A DNA stretch of 64,000 nucleotides from Chiloscyllium plagiosum. Lineage: Eukaryota. Below are positions 1 to 13,587 of this stretch, one piece after another. The notes beneath the pieces are model-generated. The model made no database searches and was not told where the DNA came from. It was given only the letters and a program-made list of their open reading frames with translations. Position numbers and translations under genes: made by a program. Within the stretch, counting starts at the first letter, position 1, and each line of letters starts with the position of its first letter. Location of the stretch: NCBI RefSeq assembly GCF_004010195.1, contig NC_057719.1, positions 83,788,827 through 83,852,826 on the forward strand. Direction: 5' to 3'.

Positions 1-419
1 ACAGCGAGTGTATATTTAAGGCGACCTACCCAAGTATTCATGTCATACAGAGAGTTGGCAATATGAATTGCTCCTTCTGCCCTTTATTGAAAGGCTGTTG
101 AGCTACTGGCAATACAAATTGAGATTGTTAAATCCCTTGCTGTGATCTTTACTGGCTTTTCAGAGTTCAGTTCAACTTCACGGTATCTGGGACTCTGACT
201 TTTCGCTGTCATGTTGGGCTGGTCCTTTATGATCTCAGGCTCTTAAAGTCAATAAACTACAGCTCTGTTTTCTGATTCCTACCTTCGAGGTCATGGCTCC
301 ACAACTGCTGGGTGCGGTTTCAAGAGTCGTGGCAATTTCCCTGATCTGCAGCAGCACTGAGGTGGTGAGTGATAGCAAGTTGTTCAACAGGAACCACGAC
401 AGCTGCCACTCATGCGATC

Positions 420-1377
420 ATGAGGAACAGGAGCAGGAGTAGGCCATTTGGCCTGATGACCCGCTGAGAGAAGAAATTTCAATCAAACTACCACCTTAGG
501 TGGGAGAAATCTCTTAATTTTAAATAGTGTCTCCAAGCTTTGATTCTCCCACAAGGAGAATGAATTCTCTCAGTACCAACTTTGTCAATCTTACATCAAG
601 ATCTTAGATGTTTCAATAAGAGCACTTTTAATCCTTCAAAAGGCCAATGAGTTTAGGTCCAACCTGCTCCACTGTTCCTCATACGACAGAAATAGTGCAA
701 TAAACATCTCCAATCTGCCTCTAATGCACTATATCACTGTTCAAAAAGTAGACCAGATGTATCTGCAGTATTCCAGGGTGTGGTCTCCCTATATCCTGTA
801 TACCTTATCAAGATCTCACTCTTTTTACACACAATTCCCCTTATAGTAAAGGCCAACATTCCATATGCATACCTAGTCACTTGATGTACCTGTATGCCCA
901 TTTGTGATTAACATCCTAGAACACCAGATCCTTTTGCAATGCAGTACTCTGCAGATACCCCCTCCATTTAAAGAATATTCGGCTTTCTATTCACACTGTC
1001 ACAGGGAACAACCTCACCTTCCCCTGCATTATATTCCATCTGCCAAATTCTTAACTGCTCATTTAGCCTATCTACATTCCTCTGCAGATCCTAAATCCTC
1101 ATCACAACTTGCTCTTTGTCCAAATCATTACTGTAGATTTTAATAGGTTGAGGTTCCAGCACTGATCCTTGTCTATTTTTATAGAGAATGACTCTCAATT
1201 ATCCCAACTGTCTTTTTTTCCTGTTAGTTAGCCAATCCCTTATACATGGTGATACGTCACCTCAAACATCATTAGCTCTTTCACGTAATCTCTTTTGCAG
1301 CATGTTATTGAATACCTAACGCAAATCCAATAAACTCTATCTATTAGTTTCCCTTTATCAAGCCAATCAAATGAATT
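420..1377 (-). mobile_element. Old CR1-type LINE, 3' part
   Basis: A CR1 3' terminus (aggaacaggagcaggagtaggccatttgg) is followed by degenerate reverse-transcriptase (RT) region sequence. The element resumes near 3262 after an LTR-like insertion. Confidence 0.7.
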
Positions 1378-1378
1378 C

Positions 1379-3261
1379 TGTAGACTATTTTTTGTTTGCT
1401 ATTCAGTATTTTTGATTATGGACTGAAATGGGAAAAGAACGGTTTTAAAAACCAAGGAATGTTGGAGGATTGCTGCATTTCTAAAAAGTAAGTAACCAGA
1501 CACTTACATAGCAAAGCAAGCAATGAAAGCCTGGTTTGCAGACGAACTGGAGCCAAGGAACGGAGCTTTGGATAACAAACAATAATTGATTGGTCTGCGG
1601 ATTAGTGAACAGTTATTGATGACAAAAACCTTATGCCTGACAACAACTATATGATCATCTCCCAGGTAGCAGAACAGCTTGGGGATGAGAATGTTTTAGG
1701 CAGAAACCTCAGGACAGGAAGAAGCTGTTTTTGCTTGGCAACAATAAGGACATCAAGCTGAAGATAAAACAGTTTATTTCCCCTTTCCAGTCACTGTAGA
1801 CTGTGACTTTTAATTGAGAAGTCAAAGGCCTTTCTAAATGTGAACCAGTCACCCTGTGCCCCCTAGTAACTACTGAAAGTAACTGGAGGAGGAAGATCAA
1901 AAGCAGCATTGTGATCAGCACATGAATCATCTCAGTAATTCCTGAGAACAGGAAGTCCTGGATTGCTTTCCCAATCTTTCCCTCCACTCATAATACCCTT
2001 TTCTTTTCTGATTGGCTGTATGTGTGAAGGGGTGGACTTTATAATGGGGTTAAAGTTTTAATTAGTAGTTACATGCTGATGGTTCATAATTGTTCACTTG
2101 TAGCTCGAGTTTATTTATTTTTAATCAATAGTCATAAGATCACAGAGCTGTACAGCATGGAAATAGACCCTTTGGTCCAACTCATCCATGCCAACCAGAT
2201 ATTGTACATAAATCTAATCCCATTCGCCAGTGTTTGGTACATATCCCTCTAATCCCTTCCTATTCATATGCCATTCCAGATGCTTTTAAAATGCTGTAAT
2301 TGTACCAGCCTCCACCGCTTCCTCTGGCAGCTCATTCCATACATGCACCACCCTCTGTGTGAATAGGTTGCCCCTCAGGTCCCTTTTAAATCTTTCCCCT
2401 AAACCTATGCCCTCTAGTTTTGGACTCCCACCTCAGGTAAAAGATCTTGGCTTTTCACCCTATCCATGCCCCTCATGATTTTATAAACCTCTATAAGATC
2501 AACCCTCTGCCTCCAACAATCCAGGGAAAACAGCCCCAACCTATTCAGCCTCTCCCTATAGCTCAAATCCTCCAACCATGGCAACATCCTTGTAAATCTT
2601 TTTTGAACCCTTTCAAGTTTCACAACATCCTTCCTATAATAGAGAGACCAGAATTGAACGCAGTATCCCAATATGGCCTAACCAACGTCCTGTACAAATG
2701 CAACATGACCTCCCAACTCCTCAATTCAATGCACTGACCAATAAAGGCAAGCATACCAAACGCCTTCTTCACTATCCTTTCTACTTGCGACTCCACTTTC
2801 AAGGAACTATGATCCTACACGCCAAGATTTCTTTGTTCAGCAACACTCCACAGGACCTTACCATTAGGTATATCAGTCCTGCCCTGGATTGCCTTTCTAA
2901 ATGCAGCACCTCACATTTATCTAAATAAAACTCCATCTGCCACTTCTCGGCCCATTGACCGATCTGATCAAGGTCCCGTTATACTCCGAGGTAACCTGCT
3001 TCGGTGTCTACAACATCTCCAATTTTAGTGTCATCTGCAAACTAACCTCACCATACCTGCTATATTCACATCCAAATCATTTATATAAATGATGTCATTA
3101 TTGTTAAGTACAGAAATTAGGTCTGTGCTTTCTGTCAATCTGAGTCTGAAAGTCTAGTAAATTGGGGAATTCTGCACACTTTGCAAAAATATTTTACTTT
3201 TGTGGTAACTCTGGAATTAGCAGGGCTTGATCTCCAGAACATTACTGGACGGAGGTGTAAC
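1379..3261 (+). mobile_element. Solo-LTR-like element, interrupted by a younger CR1 at 2130-3092
   Basis: It begins TGT at about 1379 and ends gtgtaACA at about 3261, is non-coding, and splits a CR1 whose sequence continues on both sides. Confidence 0.45.
2130..3092 (-). mobile_element. CR1/HER1 LINE 3' fragment
   Basis: ORFs 2414-2671 (YCVQFWS..LERVQKRFTRM..LSYRERLNRLGLFSL) and 2620-2802 (SQVERIVKKAFGML..LYRTLVRP) correspond to the CR1 ORF2 C-terminus, and a CR1 3' tail is present. Confidence 0.92.
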
Positions 3262-5550
3262 AATTTTGACAAATGTAATTTCCCTTGCACAAAACCTTGC
3301 AGTCTCTGTCTGATTGCACTTCAATTTTCTAAGCATCCTGGTACCAGCTTTTTAATTATAGATTCATGCATTTTCCCAATGACAGATGGTAAGCTAACAA
3401 GTTTATAACTTGCTGCTTGCTATCACCCTCCTTGCTTCAATATTTAGGTTACACATCTGAATTTCACATCTGCTGGGACCTTTCCAGATTCTACAGAAGT
3501 TTGGAAGATTATAATCAATACATCAATAATCTCTGTAGCAGCCTCTATGAAGACCCTTGGATGCAGGTATCAGGTTCAGTAGATTTGAGAGCCCTCAGTC
3601 CCATCAATTTTCAAGTATTTTTTATCTAGCTATCGTAATGGCTTTAAGTTCCTTTCCCACTTTTGCCCGTTATGGTTATACTATTCTTTGGATACTTTTT
3701 ATGCCTTCTCCTGTGTAGAGGAGATTAAAAAAAAACTTGTTCATAGTCTGCCACTAAATTGTTTCTTATTATTAATTCCCCAGTCTCAATCTCTGAGGGA
3801 TCAATACCCATTGTCCCCTGTAGAAAGCATTACTGCCCATTTTCATAACCTGCTAGCTTTTTCTTGTACTCTAATTTCTCCCTTCTTTAAAAGTCATCCT
3901 TTGCTGGCTAAAAATGTCTGCCCTATCATTAATCTCTCCCTTCAATTTGACACAATCTTTAACTTCCTTTGTTAGTGATAGATGTTGCATCCTTCTTGTC
4001 GAGTCATTCCTTAAAATGGAATATATCATTTTGAAGAGCTGTGCAATAACTCCTGAAATGTCTGCTTTCTTATCTTTTAAGATAGTTTTCCATTCCACTT
4101 TAGTCACCTTGTTTCATATCTTTGTAATGACCTTTATTTTAGTTTAAGGCACATTCAGACCCAGACGTCTCACCCTCAGACTAATAATGAAATTCTACCA
4201 TATTGCGACGAATTCCACCTCCAGGATCCTTTACAATTAGGTCAGTAATTAAGCTGGTACAACTGCACACTGCTGGGTCAAATTTAGCCTTAAACTGTCC
4301 CTTGGTTGGCTCCAGAACTTATTGCTTGAAGAAACTCTTTCAAACGCAGTCCATGAATTTATTGTCAAAGCTACCTTTGCCAATTTGATCTGCCCATCTT
4401 TTACAAAAGCTAAACTCACTCGTGATAATTGCAGTACCTTTCTTAAAAGGCCTCATTACTTTCTCAGTTACAGCTTGTCCAACAATGATATGCAGGGCTT
4501 CTCATACCAACAAAGTTTTGGGGTAGCAGGCAGTAATGACAGCTCTGGAGCTTGGATTGATTTCTGACAGTTGTGAGGCCCCTTTAAATTCTCATTATTT
4601 TTGTTTTTAAGCATGTCCCTAGTGGATTGTCCTCATGAGGCCTGATTCCTGCTGCAAAAGAATCCTGTGAATAGATTGATGTTTGTCGAAAGCCTGCTTA
4701 AGACTGAAACCTCCCCTCCACTAGTCTTTATTCAACAGAATTGTAACACTGAATGTTTTCTCTGGGGGCACACTAAGTGAGGCATTAATATGGGCTTGCA
4801 CCAGGGAAAGGTTTGGGAAGTGCTAATACAGCAGCTGTTACTTCCATTGCTATTTTCTCATCCCACCCATGTCTTATTGCTGTACTGATTTCATCTTTTA
4901 TTAACAGAGCTACCCCACCTCCTTTTCCTTTTCCTCTGCTCCTTGAAATGTCAAATATCCTGGAGTATTCAGTCTCCAGTTGTGGTCACTTTACAACCGC
5001 ATCATTTCTTTTTAACAGATGGTTTCATCCTGGTCGGACGATCTGTATTAATTGAAGCTTATATAATTCTTGAGGATATCTTTCACTGAGTTATTTAACT
5101 CGTTTAAATGATTGTCTTAAGTTGAGAAGTTATATTGGATTGAGTTGCAGGATCCCTGCATGGTGAGGGATTCTTTAACGATGTTGGATTTGTTAAAACC
5201 TACAACGTACCTACTATTTATTTCAGTTTGTGTTACCCATTTTGTTACAAGTAATTTTTGCATTAGATAAAGAACCTTTAATTCTATCTTTTTCCTGCTT
5301 TTCCCTACACTGAGTTTATTTGATAGTCTACACATATTTGTAAGCTCTATCCTTTCCTATCACACTTTGATTACCAAGCCCAGTACTACCACTCATACTA
5401 TTGCCTGGTCACTTCTTGTTAACTTTCCAAAGCTCCCTAGGCATGAGCCACTATGCCCCAGCTAAATAGTTCAAACCCCTCTCTACTACTTTAGTTCCTT
5501 GATTTGTCAGTACACTGACCCCAATGTGGTTCCGGTGATGTACATCCCAA
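3262..5550 (-). mobile_element. Degenerate CR1 ORF2 (endonuclease/linker) fragments
   Basis: This continues the 420-1377 element, with CR1-like motifs in broken frames and an unrelated insert at about 4490-4830. Confidence 0.6.
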
Positions 5551-5958
5551 CCAGGGACTGTTACATCAGGGCCCAATGCTCTACAGGGACTTTGTTGTGC
5601 TCAGGTTGGAATGGGCTGCTGAGCTTGGGTTGGAACGGCTGTCTTTGACATTGGGTTGGAGCAGCTGTATCTGGGTGGGGAAGTGGCCACTGTACACAGA
5701 GATTACAATATTTGTGGTTGAGTTTCTGCTTTTTTATTTTAGCCTCTGGCTGCTCATAATCATTGGCAGGAACATTTCCTTTGTCCTATACATACCCACA
5801 CAAACCACAACAAACGATACTTTCTCTTCCAAATTATATATCTCTCACAGGCCTGAGGAGACATTCTTAATCCAAGAATGGGGCAGGCAAAGGGTCTTTG
5901 GGACTCAAGCTCTTGACTACGGAGAACCATTCCCACCTCACTAAATGGATTTCCCCCA

Positions 5959-6940
5959 TGTTACAATGACAGGTTGGAACCCTTAAATATTACAGGTGTG
6001 GGGTTTATAGACCTTAAATACAAAATGTGTTTTTTTTTTAAAAAGAGGACTGCTACAGAGATAAAATAACTGCAGAATAAATTCAGTGGCTTGCTGGCAA
6101 AAATTTTACATGGGAGTGATGGGACGTAACAATCAAAGGTTTCACAGAAACTTCTAACAGACTGGACAGTCATTTCTTGTGACTACAAAGAAAGTAAGGG
6201 GCTGACCACCACATGCTCAACTGCAGATTATATCCCAGTTTTGTTTATTTTTCAAAAGGAAAAACTCAAGGACAAGGGTTAAAAAGCTAGTTTTAACTCT
6301 ACTGGAGAGCACTAGGGGGACTGAACATTCACATGTACCAGCCTGGATTTGATTGTTCGCAGACTGTGAAGGTCACAGTCGAAGGACGATCCGCTAGACA
6401 TCCTGTGTTGCTGGTAAAGGGATTCTGTCACTCTGAGTGTTTGAGGTCAGCTAGCCTGCAGCCAGAACATTAGAAAACAGGATAACACGAGGACAGTTTC
6501 TCTCACCCTAAGTGCCGGAATCCAATTGTCAAAAGGAATCATAGCTTTACAGATTGGTTGACACACTGTAGTTAAGGACTGTGAAACCAATTGCTCAACT
6601 ACCAACATAAATGCTACTAGTAACTGTCACTGAAACAGCCACTCTTTGTGAGCAACTGATCTGTATATCTTTTTAAAAAAACTATTATCTTTTTGGATTC
6701 ACTTTACATTTCTAATTGGCACGCATACGTGTTAGTTTACTAATTCTTCTCATCTTTAGTAATTAATAAACTCACCCATTGTTAACTCAAGAAAGCCCAC
6801 TTAAGTTTGACTCCTTTAAATCATAAGATCATTTAATTCTGGAAGAAAAACACCCACTAGGGAAGGGATCTGTTGTTAAATTATCTTTGTTGAAGCCAAA
6901 GGTGGTGTGGTGCGTGTGTGCTTGTCTTGGAGTAATGACA
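5959..6940 (+). mobile_element. Possible solo LTR
   Basis: It has a TGTTAC start, a ...TGACA end, an internal AATAAA near 6765, and is non-coding. No clear TSD. Confidence 0.35.
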
Positions 6941-8310
6941 AGGTGCCCTATTAATTTGTACTGCTCGTACCACTTTAAACTGCTGCATCAGTTTAGACAG
7001 AACACAACTTTAAACTTATCAATCACCTACTCGTTCACCGAGTAACTCCAAGCTTTAGGTTTCAGTTCTCACTGTCTGCGGTTCTCTCACTTGGATCACA
7101 CCCTATTTGTAAACGGCCAGAATGCAACTTCTCACTCAATACATCAAATTCACATACCAAAATCCCACAGTGAAGAACTCAAATCTCACTGCACCTTTGA
7201 ACAACTTACTCTGTGCATCTGCTAAACCTCAAACATTTAAACCATTTTGATTTCCAGTGAACTGTGTGTCAGCCATTGCTAGCTAGGGAACCAAATCAAG
7301 TTGGCTATCTCATTAACTAATTGTAGCTGCTTCTAGCAGTGAGCTGTAAAATATAACAGTAAATTGTAGTCTAACTTGCTGCAAACATTGGCTAGATTTT
7401 GGAACGAGATCAATGCTTAAAATTCCCTTACTTATCAAATTCCCAGAGCTAAGCACTTGGTTTCACTGCATACAGCCTGAGGCTGCACTCTGGTACACTC
7501 CCTACTCAAACATAGATAGGCTCTGTCAGGAGTGATTAGAAGTGATCAAGGGTGCTCACCTCTGCCCAGTGTAGTGATGTGGAAGCCACTACAAATTAGC
7601 TCACTGAGCACAGAGCAAAAACAACAACCTTATGAACAAGAACGAGTCAAACATGATCATGCAAATACATGCACAATACCAAAGATAGTTTAATTGATAA
7701 AGGCATCTCTTAGAATATTCACTCAGAACATAAGGGGCACACATTGATATCAAGTTTATGCCGAACTGGTAGATCTGAACCAGAGGCACCTGGAGAATTT
7801 CTGAGATTGGCACCTTGGCTGCTGCGACTTATGGCCTCGATTCTCCACATAGTTTCATTTTACGGCACCTTGCTTATGGTAACTGGCTCAATGCCAGCAC
7901 TGGGCAACAAAAGGCTCTCACACATGACCACTTTGGTAAAATATAGTCCGGTAACTCCAATTCAGGAACCATACCTCAGTAAGCTCTCTGTCCAAAAACT
8001 GCTAATTTCCTTCTTTCTTTAGTCTCTATGCACAATACAGCCCACCACTGTCCCATCAAGATCTACTGGCTCAATCTGGGCCAGAAATTGAGGTTGCACT
8101 TTACTCTGTGAGCTACTGAAGGCCAGGAATGTATTCCTGAAAGGTTAATTCCATTATAATAAAGCACATTCCTTAATCTATTCTTTTCAAATCTTAGTGT
8201 GTTGATCTCTTAAGTTTCATGCGTTTTTTTAATTACTTTGTGCTTTATGAGGTAAGACAAAGTTAGGATAGAATTAAAACTTTTTGTGAACCCTTTGCTA
8301 CACAGGTTCC

Positions 8311-8748
8311 AGCTTCCTCTACACTTTCCCCATCAAACACTCCCAGGACATAGACAGCATGGAGTTAAATATAGATTAAAAGCTCCCTCTACACTTTCTC
8401 CATCAAACACTCCCAGGACAGAGACAGCATACAGCTAGATCCAGAATAAAGTTTCCTCTATACTGTCCTGATCAAACATTCCCAGGACAGGTACAGCACA
8501 GGGTTAGATACAGAGTAATGCTTCCTCTACGCTGTCCCCACCAAACACTCCCAGAACAAGGATAGCACAGGGTTAGATACAGAGTGAAGTTTCCTCTACA
8601 CTGTCCCGATTAAATACTCCCAGGACAGAGGGAGCACAGGGTTAGATAGAGAAGTAGAGCTCTCTTTAAATTGTTCCCATCAAATATTTCCTGAGCAGAT
8701 ACTGCTCAGGGTTAGAAACAGAGTAAAACTCCTGCAGCACTGTCCTCC
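8311..8748. repeat. Minisatellite, ~69-bp unit, ~6.3 copies
   Basis: Units start at 8311, 8381, 8450, 8519, 8588, 8659 and 8728. Consensus is approximately agctccctctacactgtccccatcaaacactcccaggacaggtacagcacagggttagatacagagtaa. Confidence 0.92.
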
Positions 8749-9369
8749 ACCTGAAATCAGGCTGTGAGACTGCCACTCCCAGTAGCCTCACCCTTCTGCT
8801 TTCAACATCCAGCTATTGCCTGCAAGTGTGTATGGTTTGAGGCTGGACCTTCAGACTGGGTAAGTTGGCATTCCCAGTTCTGTTCCCTGCCTCCCAAGTT
8901 GGCCACAACAAGCTATGTCACAGGGCGCTATAGAGGTCAGCCTCAGAGTAACTTTCTTCACCCAGTGAAGGAAGAGCACCCTCTAGTGTACCAGTATGAC
9001 CATTCTATTTTCTGAACTGCAACTCAAACCGATTAGCAGTTTGGAAACAATTCGTGCTGGCTCATGGATGTTTATGGATCCACAAGAAACTGGGGATAAG
9101 AATGCTTTAGTTATTCATTTGAGAGATTCTCACAACAAGCAGAGAAAAGAAAATAATCTTTTCAATTGGGTTTGAGATCAGATTTCAGGAATGAAAAGAT
9201 GCTGCTCTAAACTAACAGGTCTCAAATTGACTCACCACCTTTACCATTTTAAAACAGGCACGTCAACCCAGCAAGTCACATCTTTCACTTTTCAATTTCA
9301 ATGACTGAACACTTTTCCACTTTCTTGCTTCGTGGAATACTAGTTCATTACCATCTAAAATATCACACA

Positions 9370-9750
9370 GAGCTCAGTTGGCAGTTTCCCTGTCTTTAAG
9401 TCAGAGGGTCTTGGACTCAAGGCCTCGGCTAAAGACTTGAACTCAAAATCTAGGCTGACATTCAACTGTACATCAGTTGTGTTGTCAGAGCCCTCACCTT
9501 TCAGGTGAGATTTTATACTGAAGCCTCCACTTGCATGCTCAGATGGACTTTCCAGATTATTTCAAAATAAAGGAACAATGGAGTTCTGAAGACTAACACC
9601 ATAACCAATCTCAATACAACAGAGTATCTCTTTACCATCTCACTGCTGTTTGTGGAAGCTTGCTGTGTGCAAATTGCTACCTTTGCAACAGTAGCTGTTT
9701 GGGGTGTCTGAAGTCATGAATATGCTATGTAAATGCAAGTTCTTTCTTTC
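9370..9750 (+). mobile_element. Deu-domain SINE (SacSINE1-like)
   Basis: It has a tRNA-like head (agctcagttggcag), the core gctgtttgtggaagcttgctgtgtgcaaattg, and an L2-type tail ...aaatgcaagttctttctttc. Confidence 0.7.
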
Positions 9751-10036
9751 TGGCAATTGGGGAGCGTGGTTGATTTCTTCCACTCTTCTCAAGCGGTGAA
9801 GCCTTGACAGTTATGACCTCAAACAGGAGCATCAGTCTTGGAACACTGTGGCTTCTGCGCCACACTCCATAATGCATTTACCTCCTCAGACACTGATTGA
9901 TGCCACAGCTTTCAGAGCAATCTGTTCATTTGATAATGGTACTGTGAATACATCTACCGGTGGACGTCTTTGGTCAGAATGTTTTGAGGGGAATTGTCAC
10001 TGCTGCTCTAAGGCACTGAACAACTGAGTTTATAGA

Positions 10037-10217
10037 TTTAAAAATCACACAACACCAGGTTATAGTCCAACAGGTTTCTTCATCAGATGGTTACCTGATG
10101 AAGGAGCGACGCTCCGAAAGCTAGTGTGATTCCAATTCAACCTGTTGGACTATAACCTGATGTTGTGTGATTTTTTAACTTTGTACACCCCAGTTCAACA
10201 CCGACATCTCCAAATCA
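10037..10217 (+). mobile_element. Non-autonomous Penelope-like element, family B, with inverted arms
   Basis: A 12-bp TSD tgagtttataga lies at 10025-10036 and 10218-10229. The inverted arms are aaaaatcacacaacaccaggttatagtccaacagg and cctgttggactataacctgatgttgtgtgattttt, with a hammerhead core between them. Confidence 0.8.
10092..10126 (+). ncRNA. Minimal type-I hammerhead ribozyme motif (intact core)
   Basis: The sequence reads UAC CUGAUGA A GGAGC gac GCUCC GAAA GC U A GUG, with the predicted cleavage site after 10123. Confidence 0.75.
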
Positions 10218-10599
10218 TGAGTTTATAGAAGATAAGGAACAGCTAATGCTCAAAGTTTATAAAACAATATAGACTGACACCTAAAATAAGAACAAATCTC
10301 ATAATTAAAAGGGGGAATCCCCAAATAAAATGCAACAAGAAGGATGAGAATTAACCAGACACTGAAAGTGATACTACATTGTGTGGTAGCAAGTGGCAAG
10401 GCAATTAATATGGAAGGTGCATTAACACGTCAATAAGAAACCGAGGTGATTTGAAATGCAACTTAATCAAACGTTGATGCACCTGTACAGAATTTTATGG
10501 AAGTGTTTCTTCCTTTAGGTGCAAATGACTTTTAACTGTGCTCTTAAGAAATCTAGCAAGCCACATGGTTGCAGCAGACACCCATCAGTTTGAGATGTG

Positions 10600-11950
10600 T
10601 TCAGTAAGTACTATGTTGCTTGTATTATGCATTTAAGATGGCTACTTGCAACGAATGCCTCATGACATATGTCACATGATATCAGGAAGGGAATTAATAC
10701 AGTGTTGCATTTCCATCCAAACATCCCCTTTCTCATACATAAACAATAGCAGGTACTATCGTTTCTAGCAGCAAGTTATTCAAGTTATGCACAACACAAA
10801 CAATTGTTCTCATGTTCTCTTGAGCAAAAATTGTTTGTTATTCTAGTTAGTCCCTCTCTGGTCACATATGGCATGCGGGTGGTTGTCAGCTTTTCCTCCA
10901 AAACCTGTTGATTGCAATGGGGTGTTCTGTGGTTGTTTTGAAATCTTCTCAGTTGACTATGCTGATTTATATTGCTGCTTTATATTGCTCTTTCCTTCAG
11001 TTTCCGTCTCTGTTTGTCAGTCAATATAGACTGCAAAACATTGTAAATCTTCTCTGATGTGTTTAGAATTACCAGCCTGAGCTTTCACCTTGCTTCTGCT
11101 GAGATAAGTGGTTTTAACTTCTTGTCTAATATGTGGAATTCCAAGTCTTTTATTCTTCTCACAGCACTGGGGCTCTCAGCTTTGTGCACTTGGGATGAAC
11201 ACTGTTCCATCACAGAGCCTCACCTTTACCTTTTAGGGCTTCATTTTAAGATCACTACCTGGTGCAACTTTACACAAGTCTGCAATGTTGCTGAAAGCAC
11301 CCAAGTCTAGCTTTTGCCACTTTCATTCTCCTGACGTTATCATAGTTACAAAACCTTTATGTCCTTTAAACTTGACATTGCCAGCTAGCTCCAAGATTTG
11401 GCTGATCTGTCCAAATCTTCATCCAACATCTTTCTAGTACCCAAGCTTGATGTGTCAGAGTCATTATCCAACAATTCTGTCATAATGATTTCTATCGGCT
11501 TTATTGGCATGTGTCTGCTTCCGAACTTAACACTTGCATGCTGCTTAACTACTTGTAGCTAAAACACTGACTTCTTCACTCAAGACATACTTTCTTTTGT
11601 TTTATGTGCTGACCTCCATGACATTTGCAGCTGATCTTTCCATTTGATCTTTCCATTCTCTCTTCTCCACATTAAAGGTTTAGGCTGCTTTTCACCATAG
11701 TGCATAGTCAAATCTGCTTCTGCACAGTTTGGGCAAACTCGCCTGTTCTCCGAAATGTGTGAGCCTGCGGTTGATTCATAAGCTCAGAGCTTCTGCATAT
11801 GTTTATAACTTCTTCAAGAGTCAGATCTCTTATCAATTACACTGTCACAGTTGGCTCTCTTATGCCTCAGAAAATTCTATCTTAACGTCGTAATTTCTCA
11901 AGTAACTAAATTCATAGGATTCTGAGAACTGTGGAAGTGCAAATACTTAC
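10600..11950 (-). mobile_element. Degenerate Gypsy LTR-retrotransposon gag/protease remnant
   Basis: Broken minus-strand frames give DLTLEEVINICRSSEL (gag-like, ~11780-11830) and LEFHILDKKLKPLISAEA (protease C-terminal-like, ~11090-11150). Confidence 0.55.
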
Positions 11951-12475
11951 CAATGTTCTCTTTTTCACCTTGAGTTCTAAAATTGAAGGCATGCCATTCA
12001 TGCCTGGATTAGTACATGGGACCATGGTGTTGTAGCCATTGTGGAAACTTGAGAGATGGGCAGGGCTGGCAGTTCAATGTTCCTGGGTTTTGATGTTTCA
12101 GGCGAGATAGAGAGGGATGTAAAACGGGTGGGGAATTTGCATTACTGTTTAAGGAGAATGCCACAGCTATACTAAGAGAGGACATCATCCAACAAGGTCA
12201 TATGGGTGGAACTTATGAACAAGAAAGATGCAATCACTATACTTTGGTTACACTAAAGGCCTCCCAGTAAGCCAGCAGGAGATATAGGAACACATGTAAG
12301 GAGATCAGGGAAAGATGTAAAAGCAATTGGGTGATTTTTGTTTTAGTTTCCCAGTATTGACTGGGACTCCCTTAGTGCCAGCGATGGGATGACGCAGAAT
12401 TTGCTGCGTCCAGCAGGGTTTTTTAAAGTGACATGTAGAAAATCTAAATATGGAAGGGCCATATGAGACCTTGTA

Positions 12476-12693
12476 CAGTCTGTTCTGGTATAGCGTGATA
12501 GTTCCATTCCTGTGCAATCCCACCTTATAAGAAAATCACGTCATAACAGCACCATTTAAACTAATGGGGCCAGATTCACATTATAGCCAATACAGGTAAG
12601 GAAAACTCGCATTCTACAAACCATGGTCTAAATTCTTCAATCATGTTATAGCCAATTCACGTTGAAGAAACATGTGTTATAGCAGAACTGACT
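12476..12693. mobile_element. Tigger/pogo-like MITE (small)
   Basis: It reads TA|CAGTCTGTTCTGGTATAGCG ... TGTTATAGCAGAACTGACT, forming imperfect TIRs. Confidence 0.75.
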
Positions 12694-12694
12694 A

Positions 12695-13587
12695 CAGAGG
12701 AACCTCGATTATCCGAACAAGATGGGCGGGCACTCTTTTGGGTCGGATTAACGATTATTTGGTTAATTGATTGAATGACTCTCCTCTGGGGCTCGGAATT
12801 TTCTGAAGTTTCCTTTTCCCCCGCTCTGCCTGCCTTGCTCCCTCTCTCTGTCTCAGGGTTTGTTTCTGAGCAGACACGCACTTCTGTCTAAGGGACCTGT
12901 AGCATTGCTGTAGCCTCCTACTCTGCCCACCCCCACCCCACCCCATTAGTTCAATGGGATTGACACAGTAAGCACTTGCTAAGTCCACTCCCTGTTCAGC
13001 AGCACACCTTGCACAAGCCCCCGCCCCATCCGCCCCCACAACCCCGTCAGCCCCTAACCCGGTCCACCCCCCACAACCGTGTCCAACCCTAAACCCCCCC
13101 ACCACCACCAGGGCAGCCGGACTGGACACCAACGGCAAGACTGCTGCTGCCTTTGGGGTTTCAGTCTCAAAATAGAGCACGCACACACCCACACAACTTT
13201 TTACTGCAACTCTTTGACAAGTTCTACCTTTGCCCTGTACAGGCCAATGTTGAAGAGATTATCTGGGGAAGGGGGGGGGGGGGTGAGGGTACACTCCTCT
13301 GTAGAACTCCAAGGGAAGTGTAAAGAAAGAGAGAGAGAAAAGAGAGAGAAAAAAGAGAGAGAAAAGAGAGAGAGAGAGAGGTCAATCATTTGGGGCTGGT
13401 TGCCTGGACTCCCATCGATGTCCAGGAGTGTTCTCGGCTGCATTCCAGTAAACCGAGTTCACTTTTAATCACTGTAAACAGTGTTGGAAACACCTCTTTG
13501 ATGTAACATTTCTATCGGGACCTTGAGTGCTTCTTTGGATAATCTGAACTTCGGATAATTGATTTTCAGATAGTAGAGGCTCCTCTG
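12695..13587. mobile_element. Tigger/pogo-like non-autonomous DNA transposon
   Basis: It reads TA|CAGAGGAACCTCGATTATCCGAA ... TTCAGATAGTAGAGGCTCCTCTG|TA, giving TIRs with a TA duplication, and has an internal (GA)n at 13323-13380. Confidence 0.85.

Noticed and set aside
283..345. Exon-like segment on the minus strand (ctgcag|ATC...AAG|gtagg)
   Set aside because: The pyrimidine tract is weak and there is no recognisable homology. In RAD51B phase it would add only DQGNCHDS*, so it is unsupported without transcripts.
8311..8748. CRISPR-like array
   Set aside because: Units are contiguous, diverged tandem copies without unique spacers. There are no cas genes and the context is vertebrate.
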